A stretch of DNA of 64,000 nucleotides from Candidatus Latescibacterota bacterium (lineage in GTDB: Bacteria; Latescibacterota; UBA2968; UBA8231): positions 1,024,001 to 1,088,000 of the forward strand of contig OZ242005.1 in assembly GCA_965204725.1 (NCBI GenBank), in the 5' to 3' direction. Position numbers and translations under genes: made by a program. How positions within the stretch are numbered: position 1 is the first letter of the stretch; each line of letters begins with the position of its first letter. Shown here one piece after another: positions 56,911 through 64,000 of this stretch. The notes beneath the pieces were generated by a model, which saw only the letters and a program-made list of their open reading frames with translations, did no database searches and was not told the DNA's origin.

Positions 56911-58077
56911 TTGCCTATATCGCACGGCGCGTCCACGCGCCTCGTCCTCTCGATTCTCGCGTGGTGCTTGGTTTGGAGTTGCGCCCGGCAAAGCACCGAG
57001 GAGCTCGCGCCCGGGGTAGTGTACCGCGAGATTCACTTGCCCGAAGGACCGTGGCAGGTCCATATAGTGGAAGTGGACCTGCTGCGCTCTTGGGCGGCGG
57101 GCGTCCGCGTGCGCACGGCCAAGCAAGCCGAGGCGCAAAAGACCAGCCACTTGGCCGTCGGCGCCCTAGCCGCCATAAACGGGGACTTTCTGTTTCCCGG
57201 GGAGGCCGGCCGGCCGGCCGGATTGTACATTGAGTCCGGCCACCTCATCCGCATCCCCCAGCGGCGCTCGGCCTTTGCCATGACCGAGACCGGCCAGCCC
57301 CTAATCGCCGTGTACAAGATGGAACTGGGCTTGTTGACCGCCCAAGGCGAGCACCTGCCCATCGCGGGCTTTAACCGCGAGCCCGCGCTCGGGGAATTGG
57401 TCTTGATCAACGATCGGGCACAGGTGCCGGGCGATTCCCTGCATGCCCCCACCGGCTTCCTGTTGCAGGGGTTGGGTGCCACCTCCATCGCCAACGACAC
57501 GATCGCGGTTCGGGTCCAACAAGTCCGGCGGCAGGCTTGGCCGCTCGCCCTCCAGCGCGACCAGTGGCTGTTGGCCGCTGGCCCCGAATACGAGGCGACC
57601 GAACAGGTGGCCTTGGGCGACACGGTGCAACTGTATTGCCGGCTGTTGCCAGCCCGCGCCAAATTGATGGAGGCCATCAGCGGGGGGCCGCGCATCCTGC
57701 GCGATGGCCAAGTCTCTATCGAAGTAGAAAAGGAGCGGCTCAGCCGCAGCTTTGCCGACAAGCGGCACCCGCGCACGGCCATTGGGTATTCCCAAGACGA
57801 GCAGGTGCTGTTTCTGATTGTGGTCGATGGGCGGCAACCCGGGTACAGCGTTGGCATGAGCTTACAGGAGTTGGCCGAATTTATGCGCACCCGCTTGGCC
57901 GATTTTTCCCACGCCAAGACCAATGCCTATCAGGGGCTAAACCTCGATGGCGGCGGCTCGACGACGATGGTCGTAGCGGAGCAGGTGGTCAACAGGCCCT
58001 CCGATCCCACGGGCGAGCGGCCGGTGGTCAACGCCCTGTTGGTCGTTTCGCCCGCTTGGGACGAGGAGCGGCCCTAG
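56911..58077 (+). CDS. Phosphodiester glycosidase (NAGPA-like) lipoprotein
   Basis: AAINGDF, GGP..L..G, HPRTAIG, VDGRQ...S.G and NLDGGGS. Start uncertain. Confidence 0.88.
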   Translation: MPISHGASTRLVLSILAWCLVWSCARQSTEELAPGVVYREIHLPEGPWQVHIVEVDLLRSWAAGVRVRTAKQAEAQKTSHLAVGALAAINGDFLFPGEAGRPAGLYIESGHLIRIPQRRSAFAMTETGQPLIAVYKMELGLLTAQGEHLPIAGFNREPALGELVLINDRAQVPGDSLHAPTGFLLQGLGATSIANDTIAVRVQQVRRQAWPLALQRDQWLLAAGPEYEATEQVALGDTVQLYCRLLPARAKLMEAISGGPRILRDGQVSIEVEKERLSRSFADKRHPRTAIGYSQDEQVLFLIVVDGRQPGYSVGMSLQELAEFMRTRLADFSHAKTNAYQGLNLDGGGSTTMVVAEQVVNRPSDPTGERPVVNALLVVSPAWDEERP

Positions 58078-59141
58078 TGCCCACCTTGCGCGCCGAAGCC
58101 CTCGATGCGCTAGCGCGGGCTTGCTTGCAACAGGTCGGCGTCCCCGTGGCCGACGCCGCGCTCGTGGCCGAGCACTTGGTTGAAGCCGGGCTGATGGGGC
58201 ACGATACCCACAGCGTGTTGCGGCTGCCCCAATACGTACAGATGGTGCGCGACGGCCAAGTTGAGCCGGGCGCGGAGTTGGTGGTGCTGGAAGAAAGCGC
58301 GTGTGGGGGGCGGCTGAGTGGCCAGTGGAATTACGGCCCGGTGACCGCCACCGAGGCCGTGCGCTGGGCGTTGGACAAACTCGGCGATGGGGCGGTCGCA
58401 GTCGTCGGGGTGCGCGACTGCAACTACGTGGCGCGGCTGGGTCGTTTTGTCGAGATCGCTACCCGCGCCGGCTGCATCGGCCTCATCGCGGCCAATGGAC
58501 ACGGCGGCGATGGGGCGGTCGCGCCCTTTGGCGGCCGCAGCCGACGCCTGCCGACCAATCCGATCTGCTGCGGCATTCCCACCAGCGGCGCGTGGCCCGT
58601 GATCCTAGACATGACGACGAGCATGATTTCCGGCGGCGACATGCGTCTTTTGCGCAACCGGGGCGAGGACGCCCCCCCCGGGATGCTGATCGACGCCGAG
58701 GGCCAGCCGACGACGAGTGTAGAAGCGTACTATGGCCCGCCGGCCGGGGCCATTTTGCCGCTTGGTTTCCCGCAGAGCGGGCACAAGGGCTACGGGCTTT
58801 CCGTGCTGGTCGATATTTTGGCCGGGTCGCTTTCCGGGGCTGGGATGACGTGCGAAGCGCCCGAGCGCCCGGGCAACGCCCTGTTCATCGCCGTGCTCAA
58901 GGTCGCGGCCTTCCTGCCGTTGGACGAATTTTACGCCGAGGTCGCGAGTTTTGTCGAGTGGGTCAAATCGTGTCCGCCGGCGCCCGGAGTGGCCGAGGTG
59001 TTGCTGCCCGGCGAGCGGGCGCACCAGCGCTTGCAGGCGCGGCGGCGCACGGGTCTATACGTGGATGAAACGGCTTGGGCCGATATAGGTGCTTTGGCAG
59101 CCGAGTTGGGAGTGGAACTGCCCAGGCCGGTGGCTACTTAA
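58077..59141 (+). CDS. Ldh_2 (malate/L-lactate/ureidoglycolate dehydrogenase-type) oxidoreductase
   Basis: GH.TH...RL..Y, VAPFGG, TNPI, LDM.TS, GHKGYGL and PGE. GTG start overlaps the upstream stop. Confidence 0.9.
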   Translation: MPTLRAEALDALARACLQQVGVPVADAALVAEHLVEAGLMGHDTHSVLRLPQYVQMVRDGQVEPGAELVVLEESACGGRLSGQWNYGPVTATEAVRWALDKLGDGAVAVVGVRDCNYVARLGRFVEIATRAGCIGLIAANGHGGDGAVAPFGGRSRRLPTNPICCGIPTSGAWPVILDMTTSMISGGDMRLLRNRGEDAPPGMLIDAEGQPTTSVEAYYGPPAGAILPLGFPQSGHKGYGLSVLVDILAGSLSGAGMTCEAPERPGNALFIAVLKVAAFLPLDEFYAEVASFVEWVKSCPPAPGVAEVLLPGERAHQRLQARRRTGLYVDETAWADIGALAAELGVELPRPVAT

Positions 59142-59160
59142 AATCAAAAAGGAGGGTGCA

Positions 59161-60156
59161 ATGCTTCACATTGGGATTGTCGGCATGGGCGGAATTGGCA
59201 ACAACCACGCCCGTTGCTACACAGAGAACGAGAACGCGCAGGTCGTCGCCGTGTGCGACATGGTCGCCAAGCAGGCGGACGCAGCGGCCGAGCGCTATGG
59301 GGCGCGGGCCTTTTACTCGGTTGAGGAGATGATCGCCCGCGGCCCGCGGCTCGACGCCTGTTCGGTGACCACGGCGGGGGTGGAAAACGGCGGCGATCAC
59401 TACGAGCCGACGATGGCGCTGTTGCGCGCCGGCATCCCGGTGCTGGGCGAGAAGCCGATTTCCAATGAAATTCCCAAGGCGCGCGAAATGGTGGCCTTGG
59501 CCGCAGAACAGCGGTTGCCCTACGGGATCAACCTGAACCACCGCTTCACCCCGGCCGCCGTTCAGGCCAAGGAATGGCTGGCCGCCGGGCGGCTCGGCGA
59601 ATTACAACTGGTCAACATGACGATGTGGATCAACAATCCCAACGAGTCGAGCCCGTGGTTCCACATCCGCGCGCTGCACCCGCACTCGCTCGACGTGATG
59701 AGCTATTTCGCCGGCGGAGTGGAGCGGGTCCACGCCTTTTTTAAGAAGGGAAAAGGGCGGCAGATCTGGTCTAACGTGCAGGCGAACTTGTTGTACGAAA
59801 ACGGCGTCATCGGGCACTTGACCGGGTCGTACGACGCCGGGGGCAGCTACGGCTTGGAGACCTTGGAGTTGGTTGGCTCGGAGGGGCGGGTCATCATCAA
59901 CGAAGCCTGCGAGAAGCTGACGTTTTACCCGCGCTTTTCGCGCGAGGTGGAAAGCTACGATCACCTCGGGGGCATGGGCGGCTTTGCCGACACCTTTCCG
60001 GCCCGCATCAACGCTTGGATCGACGATTTGCTCAACCAAGTGCCGCCGGAGCAGGTGGATGCCAAAGGGGCGGACGCCTTGCGGGTGCAGTTGGTCATTG
60101 AGGCGCTCATCGAAAGCTGGGAAACCGGGCAGGTGGTGGAGGTGCCCAAACGATAG
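59161..60156 (+). CDS. Gfo/Idh/MocA family oxidoreductase
   Basis: GIVGMGGIG, EKP, NHRF.P and H..D. AGGAGG RBS. Confidence 0.9.
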   Translation: MLHIGIVGMGGIGNNHARCYTENENAQVVAVCDMVAKQADAAAERYGARAFYSVEEMIARGPRLDACSVTTAGVENGGDHYEPTMALLRAGIPVLGEKPISNEIPKAREMVALAAEQRLPYGINLNHRFTPAAVQAKEWLAAGRLGELQLVNMTMWINNPNESSPWFHIRALHPHSLDVMSYFAGGVERVHAFFKKGKGRQIWSNVQANLLYENGVIGHLTGSYDAGGSYGLETLELVGSEGRVIINEACEKLTFYPRFSREVESYDHLGGMGGFADTFPARINAWIDDLLNQVPPEQVDAKGADALRVQLVIEALIESWETGQVVEVPKR

Positions 60157-60214
60157 GCGCAAATGGCGGCTAGGAGGGCAGTTTGTTATACTCAGGTCTG
60201 AGGAGATGCTGCGA

Positions 60215-60919
60215 ATGGAGCAGGCCAAGCAAAAGTCCGAACTCGGCCAATACCTGTATTCTATACTAACCGTCGTAGGGTTGTTTCTGGTCATTCGCAC
60301 CGGGGTGGTGCAAGCCTTTTACATCCCTTCGAGTTCGATGGAAGACACGCTCTTGGTGGGCGATTATCTGCTGGCGAACAAGTTTATCTACGGCGTTCCG
60401 GTCGATGTGCCCCTGACCAGCATTTCCCTGTTTCGCCTGCCCGCGCTCAGGACGCCGCAACCGGGCGACATCGTCATCTTCCGCTCCCCGCAGGACGAGG
60501 AGCGCGACCTAATCAAGCGCTGCGTGGCCGTCGGGGGGCAGAAAGTGGAGATTGTCAACAAAGTGCTCTACGTCGATGGCCTGCGCCAGCCAGACCCGCC
60601 GCAGGCCAAGTACACGGAACGCAGAGTGCTCTCGGCGGAGCGCGGTTCCCGCGACAACTTCGGCCCTTACATCGTGCCCGATGAGCATTTCTTTATGATG
60701 GGCGACAACCGCGACAACAGCGCCGACAGCCGCATCTTCTTGGCCGTGCCCGAGCGGCTGATCAAGGGCAAGGCCATGAACCTCTACTGGTCGTGGGAGC
60801 CCGACACGCGCGGGCCGTACTACAGCGGCTTGAGCTCGCTGCCCGCAGTGGTGGCCAGCTTTGTCTGGCGTCTGCCCAGCCGAGTGCGCTACGGCCGCCT
60901 CGGCGACGTGATCCACTAA
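60215..60919 (+). CDS. lepB: Signal peptidase I
   Basis: IPSSSM..TL..GD, IKR and MGDNRDNS.DSR. Confidence 0.95.
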   Translation: MEQAKQKSELGQYLYSILTVVGLFLVIRTGVVQAFYIPSSSMEDTLLVGDYLLANKFIYGVPVDVPLTSISLFRLPALRTPQPGDIVIFRSPQDEERDLIKRCVAVGGQKVEIVNKVLYVDGLRQPDPPQAKYTERRVLSAERGSRDNFGPYIVPDEHFFMMGDNRDNSADSRIFLAVPERLIKGKAMNLYWSWEPDTRGPYYSGLSSLPAVVASFVWRLPSRVRYGRLGDVIH

Positions 60920-60930
60920 CGAGAAACAAT

Positions 60931-62625
60931 ATGAATCGCAGGGAATCGCACGAATACAACGAAGACCAAGAGCGCGAGGAGCGGGCCACCGAGCCGTTGC
61001 GCTTGGTCGATCAACTGCTGGCGTTGGCACCCGACCGCGACCCGGCCCGGCCCCTATTGTACCGCCTCCGGCGTCAGCTCATGGAGCGGGAGATTTCCTT
61101 TCAGGAGGCGCGCCGAGCGCTGGTGGAGATGGAAGCCGCCCTAGAAAAGGTAACGGCGCCGGCCAATCGCGTCGGCATCTTCCTCGGCATGCCGAGCGAG
61201 GGGATTGCCACGGTCTTCGTCGGCAGTGCCGAGTACTATGCCAACATCGACCCGCGCGTCGATGGGTCGCAACTCAAGGTCGGCTGTCGGGTGCTGGTCA
61301 ACGAAGCCTACGCGGTCGTTGGCAACTTGGGGCCTAGTCCCGCGGGGCCGGTGGCCAAGGTCGGCGACCTGCTGCCGGAGGGCCGGTTGCGGATTGCCCA
61401 AGCGCACGGGACCCAAGAGGTGGTCGTGGAGCGGGCCGCAGAATTGGCGGACGCGAATTTGCAAATCGGCGACGAGGTGCGGCTGGACCCGGCCTACAAG
61501 GTGGCACTCGAAGTGTTGCAGTCCGCCGAGAGCAAGGAGTACTTCATCGAGGAGGTCCCCCCAACCCCGTGGGAGAGCATCGGCGGCCAAGCCGAAGCGA
61601 TTGAGGCCATCCGCGACACCATTGAACTGCCGGCGTTGCACCCCCAGCTCTTCGAGCGCTTTGAGTACTCCACGCCCAAGGGCTTTTTGCTCTACGGCCC
61701 CCCGGGCTGCGGCAAAACCCTCATTGGCAAGGCCACAGCTTACAACTTGGTGCAGCACATGCGCGAGGTCGAGGGACTGGAGTTGGAGGAGTACTTCATG
61801 CACATCAAGGGGCCGGAGATCCTCAACATGTGGCTCGGGGAGACCGAACGCATGGTGCGCGAAGTCTTTGCCCAAGCGCGCCAAAAGCGCAAGGAGGGCT
61901 ACTTGCCCTTTGTCTTTATCGACGAAGCCGAGTCTATTTTGGGCACTCGGCGCTCGATGCGGAGCCACAACATCTCCAACACGGTGGTGCCGATGTTTTG
62001 CACCGAGATGGACGGCATTGAGTCCCTACACGACGTGGTGCTGATTTTGGCCTCCAACCGCCACGACCTGATTGACCCGGCCGTGCTCCGGCCCGGCCGC
62101 ATCGACCGCAAGATCAAGGTCGCCCGCCCCAACTACGAGGCCGCGGGCGACATTTTGGGCATTTACCTCAAGCCCGAGCTGCCGATTGACCGCGCCGAAG
62201 TGGAGCAGCACAACGGCGAGGCCGCGGCGCGCCAAGCCCTGATACAGGAGGGCCTCGACGAGTTGTTTGCCAAAGGCGAAGAGGCTCGCTTCTTGGAGGT
62301 GTCGCTACGCAGCGGTCGCCAAGAAGTGCTCTACTGGGGCGACCTGATTTCCGGGGCCATCATCGCCTCGGTCGTATCGCGGGCCAAGGAAATGGCCATC
62401 AAGCGCGCCATCGCCGAGGGCGATCCCGAAGGCGGGATCCGCGGCGAGGATCTGCGGCAGGCGACGCGGGCCGAATACCGCGAAAACGAGGTGTTCCCCC
62501 CCTCGGACAGCGTCGAGGACTGGCTCAAGCTGCTCGACTACGAGCCGGAGAACGTGGTAAAGGTGACGCCCGTCAGACCCCAGCCGGAAAAGGCACCGGA
62601 AAAGCGCGTCGGCCAGGTGATCTGA
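60931..62625 (+). CDS. arc: Proteasome-associated AAA ATPase (ARC/Mpa)
   Basis: N-terminal coiled coil and OB-like region. GFLLYGPPGCGKTL, IKGPEILN.W.GE.ER, FIDEAE, IDPA.LRPGRID.KI and SGA.I. Confidence 0.92.
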   Translation: MNRRESHEYNEDQEREERATEPLRLVDQLLALAPDRDPARPLLYRLRRQLMEREISFQEARRALVEMEAALEKVTAPANRVGIFLGMPSEGIATVFVGSAEYYANIDPRVDGSQLKVGCRVLVNEAYAVVGNLGPSPAGPVAKVGDLLPEGRLRIAQAHGTQEVVVERAAELADANLQIGDEVRLDPAYKVALEVLQSAESKEYFIEEVPPTPWESIGGQAEAIEAIRDTIELPALHPQLFERFEYSTPKGFLLYGPPGCGKTLIGKATAYNLVQHMREVEGLELEEYFMHIKGPEILNMWLGETERMVREVFAQARQKRKEGYLPFVFIDEAESILGTRRSMRSHNISNTVVPMFCTEMDGIESLHDVVLILASNRHDLIDPAVLRPGRIDRKIKVARPNYEAAGDILGIYLKPELPIDRAEVEQHNGEAAARQALIQEGLDELFAKGEEARFLEVSLRSGRQEVLYWGDLISGAIIASVVSRAKEMAIKRAIAEGDPEGGIRGEDLRQATRAEYRENEVFPPSDSVEDWLKLLDYEPENVVKVTPVRPQPEKAPEKRVGQVI

Positions 62626-62633
62626 CTCAGCTC

Positions 62634-64000
62634 ATGCAGCGGCTCTGCGGGCTAGAAACCGAATACGGCATCCAGATTGAGCAAGACGAGTCCATGGACG
62701 TGGTGGTTGAGTCCATGGAGCTGATCCGCTGCTATGTGCGCCAAGATTTTGTCGCGCTGTGGAATTACGCGCTCGAAAACCCGCGGCTCGACATGCGCGG
62801 CTTTGAGGTCGCCCAGCTCCGCAACGACAAGGACGAGACCGTCCACTTGCAGAAGGATCGCCAGCGCCCCATCCCGCTGGCAGACCTGAAAAGCGACCTG
62901 ATCGTGTTCAACGGGGCGCGCCTGTACAACGACCACACCCACCCGGAATTTTCCACCCCAGAATGCTACAGCCTCCGCGACTTGGTCGCGGTCGATCGCG
63001 CCGGGGAGCAAATTCTCCTCCAGTGTGCGCGGCAGCGCACCGCGGACCGCGGCCGCGGCGTGGTGCGTTTGTACAAAAACAACACGGATTTTGAGGGGCA
63101 CAGCTACGGCTGCCACGAAAACTTCCTGCTCAGCCGCGACATTCCCTTTGAGCAGGTGATCAACGGGCTGCTGCCCTTTGTGGTGACGCGCCAAATTTTT
63201 GCCGGCGCCGGCAAGGTCGGGGTCGAGCAGGACGCTCGGGCGCAAGCTGCCACCTATCAGCTAACCCAGCGCGCGGACTTTTTTGAGGTCATCGCCAGCG
63301 TCGATACCATGCACCGCCGCCCGCTGATCAACACCCGCGACGAGCCGCACGCCGACCCAGCCCGCTACCGCCGCCTGCACCTGATCATCGGCGACGCCAA
63401 CATGTGCGAATACGCCACCGCGCTCAAGGTCGGCACGGCTTCCTTGGCACTGGACCTGCTAGAGGCCGGCGCGTTGCCGGCGTTTGCCTTGGCCGATCCC
63501 ATTGGCGCGCTCAAGGCCATTTCCCGCGACGAATCTCGGCGTTGGCCGGTGGCCTTGGCCGGGGGCGAGGTCCGTTCGGCGCTGGAGATCCAGACGGCCA
63601 TTATGGCCGCGGCCACCCGGCTTTTTCAGGGCCGCGACGAGGAGACCGATTGGGTCCTCGCGGCTTGGCGCGACGTGTTGGATGCCCTCGCCCGCGACCC
63701 CCAAGCGCTGATTGGACGCCTCGATTGGGTGACCAAAAAGTGGCTGTTGGATGCGTTTGCCGAGTCCGAGGGCCTCGATTGGGAACGGCCGGAGGACCGC
63801 GCTTGGCTGCAAAGCCAAGACCTCGAATACCACAACATCGATCCGGCTGAGGGGCTGTACCCGGCGCTCGAAGCGGCCGGCCAAGTCGAGCGCGTCGTCT
63901 CCGCGGAGGCGGTGGCCCGGGCGTTGGTCAATCCGCCCGGGGACACGCGCGCCTATTTCCGCGGCAAGATATTGCAGAAATTCGCCGCGGCAGTGCGCTC
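62634..64000 (+). CDS. dop: Dop/PafA2-type depupylase/deamidase (partial, runs off the window; absent from the ORF track)
   Basis: My translation from ATG 62634: MQRLCGLETEYGI, Dop-loop WNYALENPRLDMRGF, NGARLYNDHTHPEFSTPEC, KNNTD..GHSYGCHEN, QRADFF, RPLINTRDEPHAD and RRLHLIIGD. Confidence 0.9.
   Translation, partial: MQRLCGLETEYGIQIEQDESMDVVVESMELIRCYVRQDFVALWNYALENPRLDMRGFEVAQLRNDKDETVHLQKDRQRPIPLADLKSDLIVFNGARLYNDHTHPEFSTPECYSLRDLVAVDRAGEQILLQCARQRTADRGRGVVRLYKNNTDFEGHSYGCHENFLLSRDIPFEQVINGLLPFVVTRQIFAGAGKVGVEQDARAQAATYQLTQRADFFEVIASVDTMHRRPLINTRDEPHADPARYRRLHLIIGDANMCEYATALKVGTASLALDLLEAGALPAFALADPIGALKAISRDESRRWPVALAGGEVRSALEIQTAIMAAATRLFQGRDEETDWVLAAWRDVLDALARDPQALIGRLDWVTKKWLLDAFAESEGLDWERPEDRAWLQSQDLEYHNIDPAEGLYPALEAAGQVERVVSAEAVARALVNPPGDTRAYFRGKILQKFAAAVR

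Noticed and set aside
57537-58076. N-terminal extension of the Ldh_2 ORF (and similar long 5' extensions in the ORF track)
   Set aside because: It overlaps a supported upstream gene. Starts were moved to where family similarity begins.
1-64000. tRNA (including selC), rRNA, CRISPR arrays and other UGA read-through sites
   Set aside because: None recognised by eye. The other TGA stops I checked end complete domains. A covariance-model search was not possible.

Overview
GC-rich bacterial chromosomal window with about 48 protein genes. I saw no rRNA, tRNA or CRISPR array. The gene content suggests a Gram-negative FCB/PVC-related lineage such as Latescibacterota or Poribacteria-like marine or sponge symbionts. 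That is an inference from the FG-GAP/ASPIC-UnbV proteins, secreted proteins ending in FlgD-like Ig domains, a protein ending in SVESTSWGRVK, three AAA_14/DUF4143 ATPases, toxin-antitoxin pairs and an ARC/Dop proteasome locus. The top candidate is a probable selenoprotein. The two FG-GAP/ASPIC ORFs at 374-2362 and 2384-3004 are one reading frame interrupted by a single TGA (2360-2362). That TGA is followed by a perfect 8-bp hairpin with a GGUC loop, which is the geometry of a bacterial SECIS element. Other notable parts are (i) a ~17.5 kb cell-envelope operon of unknown function at 13257-30763, (ii) a lower-GC defence-island remnant at ~40085-44850 with an XRE-HTH/dynamin-like GTPase and a nuclease-ATPase gene broken by nested IS fragments, (iii) a DUF6338-like gene followed by a 48-aa poly-Pro micropeptide, (iv) an internally deleted oxidoreductase mini-gene, and (v) an arc-dop (Pup/UBact-type) locus running off the right edge. 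All family assignments come from motif recognition by eye; no database search was run.
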